From: Podarcis vaucheri
Taxonomy: Eukaryota
Length of the DNA: 64,000 bases
Strand: one strand, 5' to 3'
NCBI GenBank assembly: GCA_965113315.1
Contig: OZ220375.1
Part shown: one piece after another, positions 1 through 13,380 of the stretch
How positions within the stretch are numbered: the stretch's first letter is position 1
Layout of the letters: every line of letters begins with the position of its first letter
Made by a program: the position numbers and the translations under genes
The notes under the pieces: model-generated
What the model was told of the DNA's origin: nothing
Databases searched by the model: none
Seen by the model: the letters and a program-made list of their open reading frames with translations, nothing else

Positions 1-382
1 AGGGGTGATGGGAGTTGTAGTCCAACCACATCTGGGGACCCACAGGTTGAGAAAGGCTGGACCCCACCTCGCAGGGTTGTTGTGGGGGGGGGACTAAATT
101 ACCATGGGGAGGAACCATGCACAGAACTTGGGGGGGGGGGAAGATGCAATACCAGCACAATGCAATCAATTGATAATTTCGAAAGTGGGTGTTTGGGGAG
201 GGCGTGGCCAAAAGAGGGGCGTGGCCGGAAAGATGCAGACCCCCAGTGGGAGGGGGGAGCTTTTCCACCTGTGGGCGTGGCCAAGGGTTGGTTGCTGGGA
301 AACGAGGTGGGAAAAGGGGGAGCGGGAAGGGGAGGAGCCAAGGGGCGGGGCCAGGGGAGGTGGGCGTGCCCGGTCTGCTCAC

Positions 383-575
383 CCGCCTGCGTGGTGTCGC
401 TGAGGTCCCAGCGCCGGGCTGCTCCGCCGGGGAAGTGTCTGAGGCGCCGCCCGGCCAGGCTCAGGCTGCCCGAAGCCACCGCTTCCTCCAAGGCCCGCTC
501 GGGCCCAGGGAGCGGGCCGGGCCAGGAGGGGGAGGGCGGGGGCAGCGCCTCGGCCCCGCCCTCGCCCGCCGCCAT
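383..575 (-). CDS. LRCH4: LRCH4 first coding exon (leucine-rich repeat and calponin homology domain protein 4); rest of gene lies off the left edge
   Basis: ATG at 575 gives MAAGEGG...PERALEEAVASGSLSLAGRRLRHFPGGAARRWDLSDTTQA, matching the recalled LRCH4 N-terminus (ERALEEAVATGTLNLSNRRLKHFPRGAARSYDLSDITQAD). Phase-1 GTGAG donor after 383. Lies in a CpG island head-to-head with FBXO24, as in human. Confidence 0.9.
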
Positions 576-699
576 CCCGCAGGCTCCGCTGTGCTCGCTG
601 AGGCAGCCGCTGGCCGACTGAGAGCTCGCGGGCAGGAGCGGCGAGACCCCAGCCAAAGGGGGCGGGTCCCGAGGAGCCGCCTCGGCCTATGAGGAGCCG

Positions 700-1360
700 G
701 CCACGCGGGGAGCCGCCAATCGCGGCGCGTCAGGCGGGGCGCAGCCGAAGCAGGCAACCAATGGCGTGGAAACGGGCCGTCGGGTTCTTCCTCCTTTCGC
801 TCCAATCAAGGGCGCGGGCGGAGGAAGAAGTGAGGGGGCGGCTGTTGGCCAATGAGAAATCCGTGAAGGGCGCTGACTACCGCTTCGGCCAATCCCTTAC
901 CAAGGAGGCGGTTCCTAAGGCCACCACCCCCAGACTGAAAGCGCTCCGTGATTTTGCCTCGCGCCTGCCGCAGCCAATGGGATTCATAGAGGCAGGGCGT
1001 GAAACTATTGACCAATCATTGCGCAAGCAACGTGAATCCGGGCTTATCACAGCGCTCGAAAGGAGAGAGAGAGAAGGGCGACCAATCAGCAAAGTGGCCA
1101 CGCCCACCCGTACTTTTGGCGCCAACGGTTGAAAGACTGAGGCGGCGTGAGGTGACTGAGGCGGGGCAGGTCCTTTGACCGCCTTGGGGGTAAGAAGAGG
1201 GCGAAGAGTGGCAGCGAGGCGGACCAATCAGCAACTTCCCTCTGGAAGGGTGGGTGCTGGGAGTCTGAGGGAATAAGACGGAGGCCAATCAGATTCAGTC
1301 TCACCTCAGCAGAGGCGGGCACTTGAAGTTTGAATGGCAACGCAACTAACCAATCTGCAC
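700..1360. promoter_or_regulatory. CpG-island promoter region of LRCH4, probably bidirectional with FBXO24, with 11 co-oriented CCAAT boxes
   Basis: CCAAT at 716, 758, 802, 849, 889, 974, 1012, 1082, 1224, 1285, 1350. GC boxes and high CpG. GTAAGA donor at 1190 could end a non-coding + strand exon. Confidence 0.75.
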
Positions 1361-1754
1361 TGGGAAAAGGGGGGACGCGTTCTGACTGGCAGGCCGTTCT
1401 CCCAACGGGATGCCGGTCTTTTGGGGGGGAGAGAAGGGCGGGAAGCCCTCAGTGAATTACGACCTGTCTCCCTTCTCTGGGCATGTGCAGAGTGCCTCCC
1501 TGTCCAATGATGTGAAGAAAGGGAGGCGCATCTAACAGCCCAGCTCCTTTGAAGCCTAGAAGGAAACGCCTCTGGGCATGTGCAGAGTGCTGATGAACCT
1601 CAATGCACTGGGAGGCATTCTCAGATTTATTTTAATGCATTTCAGCCAGCTAAAGGTGTATATATATATATATGCTGTTTCATTATGGATCTGGGACCTT
1701 GAGGCGTGTGCCCTGGCCTGAGGCCAGCCTTGGCCAAGGTGGCGCCCGCCAGGC

Positions 1755-1815
1755 GCTTGGGACTACAACTCCCACCAGCCAGGGACTGGGGGTGACTGGG
1801 AGTTGTAGTCCCAAA
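1755..1815. mobile_element. Palindromic core of a short non-autonomous (hAT-like) MITE
   Basis: GGACTACAACTCCCA...TGGGAGTTGTAGTCC inverted repeat. Related copies at 1-58 and about 3230-3374. Confidence 0.55.
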
Positions 1816-2325
1816 GAGCAGAGGGCGCCTTGTGCCCAGGAGAGGGGCTCCCAGGCAGCCCAGCAAGGAGACAGACCCACCTTCCTCTTTCGTGTATCAG
1901 ATGCCCAGCAGGGAAGAAGGAAGGAGGGATGCCTGGGTTGGGCGAAGATGCAGGCAGCCAGCCAGATATGGGGACGGAGGCCCAGAGGAAGGGGCTGCCA
2001 AGATCCAGCCCCTGGTTTCCCAACCCTGGAAAGCTGAGATTTGCAACAGGGAGCCCGTTCCTCAGCCGGGGTTTTTCTCTGCGTTAAAAGCCACTTTAAT
2101 AGCCCCTTCTATCTTATTGTTTCATGCTTTTTCTTGCTTGCAGGCAGGTTGGGACGGCGGCCGTCGCAAACGCAGGATCAGGCCCAAGTGGCCAGCATCC
2201 TGTTCAACCAGATGCCTCAATGGGGAAGCCCCCGAGCAGGATTCGAACGCAAGACAAGCCCTCTCCTGCAGCTGGTGTTCAGAAGTGCCTGGCCATCCTG
2301 GCTGGTAGCTATTGAGAGGCCTCTC

Positions 2326-2799
2326 CTCCCAACAAAGGTCCGTATAGTTCAAGCTCTGGTTTTCCCAGTAGTGATGTATGGAAGTGAGAGCTGGACCATC
2401 AAGAAGGCTGATCGCCAAAGAATGGATGCTTTTGAATTCTGGTGCTGGAGGAGACTCTTGAGAATCCCATAGACTGCAAGAAGATCCAACCTCTCCATTC
2501 TGAAGGAAATCAGCCCTGAGTGCTCCCTGGAAGGACAGATCCTGAAGCTGAGGCTCCAATACTTTGGCCGCCTCATGAGAAGAGAAGACTCCCTGGAAAA
2601 GACCCTGATGTTGGGAAAGATGGAGGGCACAAGGAGAAGGGGACAACAGAGGACAAGATGGTGGGACAGTGTTCTTGGAGCTACCAACATGAGACTGACC
2701 AAACTGCGGGAGGCAGTGGAAGACAGGAGGGCCTGGCGTGCTCTGGTCCGGGGGGTCACGAAGAGGCAGACACGACTAACCGACTCAGCAACAACAACA
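2326..2799 (+). mobile_element. BovB (RTE clade) LINE 3' fragment
   Basis: Translates to PTKVRIVQALVFPVVMYGSESWTIKKADRQRMDAFEFWCWRRLLRIP*...REDSLEKTLMLGKMEGTRRRGQQRTRWWDSV, a typical BovB ORF C-terminus with an in-frame stop. Ends in a (CAA)n tail. Confidence 0.9.
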
Positions 2800-4041
2800 T
2801 GCTGGACCTCGGCAGGTATAAAGAGAGAGGCAAGGAAACCTTCCCTTCCCTAACCTGGTGCCCTCCAGATATTTTGCAGGAAAACTCATGCGCCGGCTGA
2901 GTTGCTGAAGGGATGCAGTTGTGACACCTGCCGGTGAAAGCAGGCGTTGGGGAACTGGAGGACAGAGCGGGCTCTAGTGGGCCAAGGGCCTGAATGCCTG
3001 CCTTCTCTGGAATTGAGAGTGGAGACCTGTGGATTATTAGAACTAGGGGGCAAGATCTAGAATTCCCGAGTCCTCTGGAAGGGTAGGCTAGAAGCTCTTG
3101 ACGCCAAGGTGCGCTCGGAGGGTGGAACGGCCAGCTGGCAGCATCAAACTTTGCATTTAGCCGCAATGTGTGTTTCCATGGTACGTTTAATCACTTTGGG
3201 CAGCTGTAAAAAATGGGCATTACTTAAGGCAGCCTTCCCCCAACCTATTGCCCTCCAGACATTTTTGGACTACAACCCCCAACAGCCTCAGATGGCTCAA
3301 CCGTACGGTGCTGGAGCTCTTGGGAGTTGTAGTTCGAAACATCCAGAATGCACCAGGCATTGGGGGAAGGCTGGCCCAACCCTCCCAATACCTCTGCCTA
3401 GTCCTTCTTCTCTCAGAATAAGTGGAATCAGAAGCAACTACGAGAGTAAAGCCAAACATTTCCCCTATATGCATTCAGAAGCCACTGACAACACCTCTCT
3501 TGGGTATCAGCTAGTTCTGGATGTTGCAAATGGAAAATAGGAGAAAGGACAGAACTGATACTGACCAATCCACCCTTTGTCACTCACCCCTTTCTGGGTG
3601 CACCGACGAAGCATCTCATTTAACATATATTAACAACGAGAGATGTCGCTATGACTCCAAGGAGAGAAAGTACCGGCCTCAACCCCCATAACTCGCTGCC
3701 CCTGAGCGGAGTAGCAGAACAGACTGTGGAGTGCTGGTACAAATCAGAGCTGTTAGCACGATCCCGGCCCTTCGGTGCATGCCTTGCCTGGTCTTTAATC
3801 CCAGGACCCGGTGGTACCTAGTGCACAGGTCATAAAGACAGTCCCAGATAGGTGCTGATGTCACAGTGCCCCAGTTACCAGGGGAACCCCTGTCTCTGTG
3901 AAGCCATCAGGACGGCCATTATCACATAGTGCCATGTCCCCCGGGGTGATTCACCTTGTGGGCAGAGGCATTCATAAGCCTTGGCCATGCTGGGCCCAGC
4001 AACAAGGGTGGGTCTGAGAGCTCACACCCACCGCGCAAGCG

Positions 4042-7000
4042 ATGGCTGGGCGGGCAGACATGAGCGACAGGCGCATCGTCCGAAAATTCAGAAGGAGAAA
4101 GCTCCAGCGCTTCTCCCACATCTCTAGCATTGAGGAACCGCTTGGAGTGAGCATGCTATATTTTGGCTGCAGGGCAGGGCAGACACCTGTGTGGGGATTT
4201 TTCCAAGAGTGGGAGGAGGAGGAAATGGTTCAGTGGAGCGGGGAGCTTTTTCCTTTCAGTTGACAAAATTGGGGATGCTGCTTCTTCCATTGCTTGATTG
4301 CATGTGCAAATTAATTTAAAATAAACTGTCTAGCCAAATCAGTAACCAAGCTACACAATATTTTCTTTAAACTTGGAGAAATCCGCACAAGATGACTACT
4401 TTGACAAGTCAGCGCTGTGACTCACCACGTTCTGAAAAATCTTTGAAAAGTGGGTTGGAAAGGATTTGTCACACAAAAAAAACAAAAAAACCCTTCAACC
4501 CAGAAGAGTATTATGACAATTAATTACGGCATAAGCTTTCATGGAGTACTACAGAGTGCAAGTCACACTCTGTTGTTGTTTTTTAAAAAAATAATGTTTA
4601 TGAAAGTTTCACAGACAATAAAAAGTTTCAAAATTTAAACATAAGAAGAACTTCAAGAGTAAAAACATACAAGAACAAGTCACACTCTGATCATGCCTTG
4701 GTCATGCCTGTGTGCCCAAGTCCAGGTCCAACGCAGCAAAGCAACTGCACAAAAACTTTGTGTTGCCTTTGCTATGTGAAAGAAGTGTCACATAAGTTGT
4801 TTCTAATGGGACAAAATAGCTTTTCAGCATCAAATCTTATCTTCAAGGGAGGGAGAAAAATCCCAGCTAGATGTTGATTTCTAACACAGGGTTCTGTTGC
4901 CTCCTGGTGTGCAACCAGGGAAATGCACTTGGCAAGGCTGACCGCTATCTCTCGAGGCACTGCTGCTAACGTTCCTATTCCATCCGCAAGGCAGATACAA
5001 ATTATTATGAAACTGGTTTCACCTTGGTTGAATGAATCACGGTTTCCCTTAAAGTGCCCTGGGCAATCATGGTTTTGGGCCGGTGCTGAGAATGCTTTGG
5101 CAGATATTGTGAGTCAGTCCGCTCTTGGAATGCAAGACATGATATGACAGACGAAGCCCCTGGACCGGACAGGAGCTTGCCACTCTTTTCTGTGGGTGTG
5201 ACAGCCAGAAATTCAACTGGGGGAGACATTTTTCTGACACTATGTCCATGTAGTGATGGGGAATCTACACCTTGTGAAATTCTGCTGTGCAGTTTTTAAA
5301 GGCAAGGGATTCCTAGGGATAGCAAAACCTTTCTGCTTTGAATCTAAGCCCTGAAAGAGGAAAAAAAGAGATTCCTCCTAGCTGCTCACACCATTGCCTC
5401 CCTCTCCATCCCCCTTCCCCTCCCCTCAGCAGCCCAAGAAGAAGCGGCGCAGCTCATCCACTGAGACCACAGAAGACAAGAAGGGCAGAGGAGATTCCAT
5501 CTCTATCCAGGCCTTCCCTCCAGAACTGGTGAGTGAGGCTGCCTGGCTGTGGTTTAGGAGGTGGGGGCAGCAAGATCATAAAAAGAGCCTGCTAGATCAG
5601 GCCAATGGCCCACCTGGTCAGCATCCTCTTCTCACAGTGGCCAACCAGATGGCCTTTATGAGAAACCCGCTAGCCAGACCTAAGCGCAAGAGGAACTCCT
5701 CCCCTCCTGCGACCCTATCTGCCTGCGGACTGTCTGGCCAGAGTGGTGCATGCTCTGGTTATCTCCCGCTTGGACTACTGCAATGCGCTCTATGTGGGGC
5801 TACCTTTGAAGGTGATCCGGAAATTGCAATTAATCCAAAATGCGGCAGCTGGACTGGTGACTGGGAGCAGCCACTGGGACCACATAACACCGGTCTTGAA
5901 AGACCTACATTGGCTCCTAGTACGTTTCCGAGCACAATTCAAAGTGTTGGTGCTGAACTTTAAAGCCCTAAACGGCCTCGGCCCAGTATACCTGAAGGAG
6001 CATCTCCATCCCCATCGTTCAGCCCGGACACTGAGGTCCAGCGCCGAGGGTCTTCTCGCGGTTCCCTCATTGTGAGAAGCCAAATTACAGGGAACCAGGC
6101 AGAGGGCCTTCTCGGTGGTGGCACCCGCTCTGTGGAACGCCCTCCCACCAGATGTCAAAGAGAACAACTACCAGACTTTTAGACGGCATCTGAAGACAGC
6201 CCTGTTTCGGGAAGCTTTTAATGTTTGAGGCATTACTGTATTTTAATACTGTTTTGGAAGCCGCCCAGAGTGGCTGGGGAAACCCAGCCAGATGGGCGGG
6301 GTATAAATAATTATTATTATAAATTATTATTTCCAGCAAGTGGAATTTGGAAGCATCGCTGTCTCCGACTGTGGAGGCAGAGCGAGCAGCACACTAGTTC
6401 AGCGAATTGTTTGTGTGTGTGTGTGTGTGTGAGACACTCCCTGCGCTCACCTTGACTTGAGTCCCTCCTCCTCTCCAGCTGTACTACATTATCTCCTTCC
6501 TGCCTGTCAAGGATGTGGTGGCTCTGGGCCAGACCTGCCGGTACTTCTATGAGGTGTGCGACAGTGAGGGGGTCTGGCAGAGGATCTGCCGCCGCCTTTC
6601 TCCTCGCCTGCGGGACGAGAACTCTGGTGGCAGCCGGCCGTGGAAGAGATCAGCCATACTCAACTGTCAGTATACCTCAGTGGTGAAGCAGAGGGGGCGG
6701 GAGGAAGGGTGTGTGGTTTTTTTGCTGTGTGAGAAAAAGCTCTGCATCTGCCTGGGCTGGGGGCAGCTGAAGAGGGTTGTCCGATCCCGCAAAAGGGGAT
6801 CCCACCCTGCCCCCATTCCCCAGGGAAGGGAGCAGTGTAGCTGTGGCAGCTCCTTCAGACAGACCCACTCCCTCTGCCCCTGGGGGGTCTCTCTGTCCCG
6901 CAGACACCAAGGGCTTGTACTTCCAGATGTTCAGCGGCCGCCGGCACTTTGTCAGCAAGACGGTTGCCCCGCTGCTCTCGCACGGCTACCGGAAGTTCTT

Positions 7001-10000
7001 GCCCACCAAGGACCACGTCTTCATCCTGGACTACAACGGCACCCTCTTCTTCCTCAAGAACGCCCTGGTCTCCTCCACCATGGGCCACATCCAGTGGCGC
7101 CGCGCCTGCCGCTACATGGTGCTCTGCCGCAGTGCCAAGGACGTAGGTGCCCGGAAGAGGAGTGAACCCCTGCGGTGTGGGGGGCGGGCTGCCTGTCCCC
7201 ACTGCTTCCCAGAGGCCGGAGCAGGGCAGGATAGGACAGGCCAGAGCCATGGCCTGGCATGGTAACTGTGGGCAGAATGCAGCCCCAGTTGAGAGGGAGG
7301 AGGAGAAGGGAGACGGACAGCCTAGGTCAGCTTCAGTTATTGCTGCCTGGATGCCTGCCTTGCACAGCTGCTTGAAGAAGCGCAGCTGGCCCCTTGGCCC
7401 CTACCCATCTTAGAGGGAGCTGCAGCGGGTGGGGTTCAGAGTATTAATGCTACACTGGAGAAAGAGAAAGGTGCATCTGCCTTGAAGGAGGCAGTGGTGG
7501 GCCAAATGCGGTCCAATAAAATTAAATTATGAAAAGGTGGAGGTGTTATGTTTTCAAGTCCAGGAGGTCCATAGCATGGGGTCTCCTGGCCCAAGTCTGT
7601 CACTGAAGGCTCAGGTGGCTAGGAGAGCCAGCGTGGTGTAGTGGTTAGGAGCAGTAGACTCGTAATCTGGTGAACCAGGTTCGCTTCCCCGCTCCTCCAC
7701 CTGCAGCTGCTGGGTGACCTTGGGCCAGTCACACTTCTCTGAAGTCTCTCAGCCCCACTCACCTCACAGAGTGTTTGTTGTGGGGGAGGAAGGGAAAGGA
7801 GAGTGTTAGCCGCTTTGAGACTCCTTAGGGTAGTGAGAAAGCGGGATATCAAATCCAAACTCCTCCTCCTCCTCTTCTTCTTCTTCTTCAATGTGAGTTC
7901 CACACTCTGGACACTTTCAGACCCTTTAGTACCACCTTTTAGGGAAAGGCGCCAGACAGTCCTGTGGCACCCTAGTTTCTTTCACCAGAAGCTGGTTGCC
8001 CCAGGGCTCTTTGTGAGAGGGGAGGGTCTTCTCTGCCACCCCTGAGTGCACAGCCCGGACTTCTTCCCCCTCTAGATCCCTGATCAGTTCCTGAAGCATC
8101 CCAGGATCTCCGGCCTCCTGACCCTGAGTGCCTCCTCCCTCCTCCTTCTTCTGCCTGCAGTTTGCCACAGACCCCCGGAGCGACACTGTGTACCGCAAGT
8201 ACCTGTACGTGCTGGCCACCCGCGAACAGCCTGTTACGGCAGCCGTGGGGCGCAGCGAGGGCTCCAGCCCAGCCGGCAGCGGGCGCCTCTGCGACTGCGT
8301 GGAGGTCTACCTGCAATCCAGCGGGCAGCGGGTGTTCAAGATGACCTTCCACTTCTCCATGAAGTTCAAGCAGATTGTGCTGGTGGGGCAGGAGACGGAG
8401 AGGTCCCTCTTGCTCCTGACAGGTGAGCCTCTGCGGGGAGAGAGAGGGGGGGGGAGTATAAACACAGCAAAATAGAATAATAGATGCCAAATAAAACAAT
8501 ACAGAAGTAGAGTAAAAGGGGGATATCTGGAGCCAAATGTATAGAGACAGAAATCCATACCAAAAATCAAACGTAATAAATTAATGTCGCAAAGTTCCAA
8601 GTAACACAAATGGCTTTACATTTTCTGGTCCCTTATTACTCCAGTACATGAGACTCCATTTCTCAACGAATATATCATATTGTTGTCTGCCCTCTCTGGT
8701 TCTTACCATGTACAGTCGTACCTTGCTTTTCGAACACCTTGCGACTCAAACGTTTTGGCTTCCGAACGCCACGAACCTGGAAGTGAGTGTTCCAGTTTGC
8801 GAATGTTTTTTGGAAGCCGAACATCTTCTGCAGCCAACTGGAAGCTGCGCCTTGGTTTTCAAACATTTTTGGAAGTCGAACGGACTTCCAGAATGGATTC
8901 CGTTCTAGAACCAAGGTATGACTGTATCTAAGCTTAACTATAAATACCACATCCCAGATTTTAGGTACCCATTCTCTCATGGACTGTATTCTCATTTTAA
9001 TTCCAGCTTTGAGAAATAATAATTCTGGCAGCAGTTAACTGCTAACAGTGGCTGCAGTTTAACAGATGCTTCACACACTGAGCCTCATTCTCACAGAGAG
9101 ATTTGCTAAAGCAGCAGTTCTCAAACTATTTAGTTTAATTCAGCAAAACAAATGAACTTGATGGTACCATTCTATTCTGCTTTGGTCATAATAGACCACA
9201 CCTGGAATATTGTGTTCAGTTTAAGAAGGATGCTGACAAGCTTGAAGGTGTGCAGAGGAGGGCGACCAAGATGATCAGGGGTCTGGAAACCCAGCCTGAT
9301 GAGGAATGGACGAGGGAGTTGGGGATGTTTAGCCTGGGGAAGAGGGGACTGAGAGGAGACATGATAGTCCTAGGCCGTATAGGGCTTTGCACGTGTGGAG
9401 GCAAGCGAATTCCGCAGTCACTTTTTGTGGGGTGTTTTGTTTCTCCCCACAGAGGAAGGGAAGATCTACAGTTTGGTGGTGAACGAGACCCAGCTGGACC
9501 AGCCGCGCTCCTACACTGTTCAGCTGGCTCTGCGCAAAGTCTCCAAGTGCCTCCCTCACATCTCTGTCCGCAACATGCACTCCAACCAGAGCAGCGCCGT
9601 CTACCTCACAGGTCAGCAGAAGGTGCCCTCCGGCCAGGCCAGTCTCTGCCCAGAGGCCGCCACAACCAATAGGGCCCAGAAACCAAGCCTTCTTATTATT
9701 ATTATTTATTACTTAATGGCGAACGGTTGAGGGACCTGGGCATGTTTCACCTGGAGAGGACAAGAACCGAGAGGGGACAGGAGAGCTACCTTCAGGTATC
9801 TGGAGCGTTGTCACACAGAAGACGGAGCAAGCGTGCTTTCTGCTGCTCCGGAGCGAAGGACCTGGGCCTATAGATCCCAACAGGACAAGAAAGGAAATTC
9901 CAACTATTGAAGCTATTTGACAGTGGGGCAGATTGCCTTGGAGCCCAGTGGACTCTCCTTCCCTGGAGGTTTTTAAGCAGAGGTTGGGTGGCTTCCTGTC

Positions 10001-13000
10001 AGGGATTCTTGAGCTGCAATTCCCGCATTGCTGGGGGGTTGGACTAGATGGCCCTACAGTGGGCTGTGCATGCTCCCAAACCTTGTGCCACTGCTATCAC
10101 TATTGGCCATTCCTCTGTCTTCATGAAGAGGCCAGGGATCACACATGGCAATGTGGTCTCCCCCCGAGAGGGCGTACAGGTGATATCAGGAAGCCCAAAC
10201 TGAGCTGAGAGAAGGCTGAGAAGTGGGGGTTTTGGGGGGGGGTGTTAGGTGGAATCAGGGATTTGGGTGGCCCTGTGGGTTAAACCACAGAGCCTAGGAC
10301 TTGCTGATCAGAAGGTCGGGGGTTCGAATCCCCGCGACGGGGTGAGCTCCCGTTGCTCGGTCCCTGCTCCTGCCAACCTAGCAGTTTGAAAGCACATCAA
10401 AGTGCAAGTAGATAAATAGGTACCACTCTGGCGGGAAGGTAAACGGCGTTTCCGTGCGCTGCTCTGGTTCGCCAGAAGCGGCTTAGTCCTGCTGGCCACG
10501 TGACTCGGAAGCTGTACGCCGGCTCCCTCGGCCAGTAAAGCGAGATGAGCTCTGCAACCCCAGAGTCTGTCACGACTGGACCTAATGGTCAGGGGTCCCT
10601 TTACCTTTACCTTAGGTGGAACCACCTGAGCTGCAAGCGGAAGGAACCGGGGGTGGGGAGGCTTTGGTTGGAGAAGGAGGGAGGCCTTACAGTTATTCGT
10701 TCCAGTAGCCCCTATTTCAGCACTGAGAAGGGGAAGCTGCATCAGAGGCAGGTTAGAAGGACCACAGATGAGTGTGGGAGAAGGCGGCAGTGGGGTGGTG
10801 AGGTGAGAAGAGCCAAGTCTGCCTGAGTAAGTGGGGCTTAAGAGGAGAGTAGCAGGAGGGCACCGTCCTGAAAGCCAGGAGCAGGAGCTTGAACCCAGTG
10901 CAAAATGCCACGGGCAGCCACTGCAGTGGGGAGCCCTCCACCCTCACAACCCCAACCTCATTGCCTGGGATTGGATTCTGCTCTGGGGGAGCCCTTCTGC
11001 CTCTGTGCAGGGCCAGGGTTCGGCCAGCAATGATCTTGCGTCTCCTCCACAGACGAGGGCACCGTCTACTTTGAGGTCCACTCGCCCGGTGTTTACCGCG
11101 ACCTCTTTGGCACCCTCCATGCGTTCGACCCGCTGGATCAGCAGATGCCCCTGGCGCTCTCCCTCCCGGCTAAGGTAACCCAGAGGTGGGGCTCTCTCCT
11201 GCTCCCCGCCCTCCCCTCTTCCACCAGGGGAGGACTTACTCGTCTTCTTCTTCTTAGTGACTTAACAACCATCCAAACAGACAGACAGGAAAAAAGCCCA
11301 CCTAGATTCAGTTGCACGCCACCCTAATCTCTGAGCGGTGCGAGATTCTAGGGGTTCCCAGTGCTTACCCAGGGACTGTGGTTCCTTTTGGAAACGAGGC
11401 ATAGCGGAGACTGCGGTGTCTTTAGGATATATGGTTTATTTAGAAATATGTATATGAACCTTTGATGGAGGGCTTCACAGCAAGAGGGTCTTGTAGCCAA
11501 TGGCATTGGATTCAAGCAGGCATCAGGCCTTGATCTCAAAAGTTGCTCTGACTTGCCTGCTTGCTGCTTTGTCTCTCTGCCACACGACTCTTGCCCCTTC
11601 TCTACGCTTGCCACATTGCTTCTCACCTCTCTCCACTAAGCTCTGGTTTCATCTGCTGAGGGAGAGGGGCCTCCCCCATTTGCCATCTCAAACGGACTCC
11701 TTTTAATCCTTTTGTTCTCTTAATGGCCCATCGCCCAGGCAGTCCCTCAACACAGGAGGAGAGCCTGGCTCAATTAGCTGTTAGCACATGCTGGATCAAG
11801 TAATTAGAAGTGTCTGGCATGCGGCTTAACACCCCAAGTCTTAAAGGAGTCTGACACTTGCTGGGTCCAGAGATGAAAGTGGTCTGACACCAACAAACAA
11901 ATCTTCACCTGGTGCCAAAACTTTGGTGGAAACCACAGAAGGAGAAAGTGCTATTGTGCTCAGGTCCTGATTGCGGGTTTCCCATTGAAGCATCTGGTTG
12001 GCTACTGTGAGAACAGGAGGCTGGATTAGGCCGGCCAGTGGTCTGATGCAGCAAGCCCTTCTTAGGCTCTTAGGGAGAGGGAACTGCACTCTGCATGTGC
12101 TCAGGAGCACCACAAGATTCAGGCTGAATATGATGGGAGTCCTACTTGAGATTAATCCCCGTGTCCTCGCTCAGGCCTTAGGTGTGGGTCAGACTCTCTC
12201 CCTTCCCCTCTCCCGCTTTGTGGCAGGTCCTCAGCTGTGCCCTTGGCTACAACCACCTGGGGCTAGTGGACGAGTTTGGGCGGATCTTCATGCAAGGAAA
12301 TAACCGCTATGGCCAGCTAGGCACAGGTGACAAGATAGACCGCGGGGAGCCTGCCCAGGTGAGAGGAGAGCAGACCATCCCTGGTGGGGTGGGAACCCTC
12401 AGAGTTCCAGGAAGCTTCTGAGCCCTTGCAGTGTCCTAGTGGCCATTACTAATTTGGGTCACCTGGCATTTTGGTCTGGGCCGAACCACCTTTATGGGCC
12501 GTGTCAAGGTCAAATCAGGCATTGCGACACAGAGTAGGAAGGTTGTCTCTTTTCAGCCTTGAGTCCCCTTCATGGGAGGTTTTTGGCGACCACCTGCCGG
12601 GGATTGTCTAGCTGGGATTCCTGCATTGCAAGGAGTCAGGCTGGATAGCACTTGGGGGTCTCTTCGAACTCTACAATTCTGTGGTTCCAGGCCCATTTCA
12701 CCTGAGCCTCTGCCAGCAACAGGAAACCTCCCTCCAGCAATCATGGTGATGGCTGCGAATCCTCAGCCACGCTCTGATACTGCTGTGCTCCCCGTTGCAG
12801 GTGCACTACCTCAAGTGCCCCATCGACCTCTGCTGCGGCCTCAACCACACGCTGGTGCTGAGCCAGAGCGGGGACTTCAGCAAGGACCTGATGGGCTGCG
12901 GCTGCGGAGCTGGAGGGCGCCTGCCCGGGTGGCCCAAAGGCAGCGCCTCTTTCGTCCGGCTGCACACCAAGGTGAGGGGGAGAGAGGTGGGGTGAGGCCA

Positions 13001-13334
13001 AAATGTGGGAAGTCAGGATCAGGGGGGTGGGCTGGGTGGGCTGCATAGCCCGTGGGTGTCTGCCGTGAAGTCTAGTCATTCCAGGCCATCTCTCCTGCCC
13101 GCTTCCTGTGTTATCCTCCGATCTTTTTCCGTACGTGGGTATTTTAGTGCGGCAGCACCTACACTCTGGAACTCCCTGCCTCTTGACATCACTGTGCCGA
13201 AAACACTTTTGTTTAGACAAGCCCACCCAGGCATGTAGAATGCCAGTTTATTTGCAGGATCCACAAAACTGCTTCAAAACCCTGGGTGTGGTTTTATCTC
13301 CTAATCCTCAGTGTCAGGGCTGGAGGGAGGGTCC

Positions 13335-13380
<46 letters not shown>

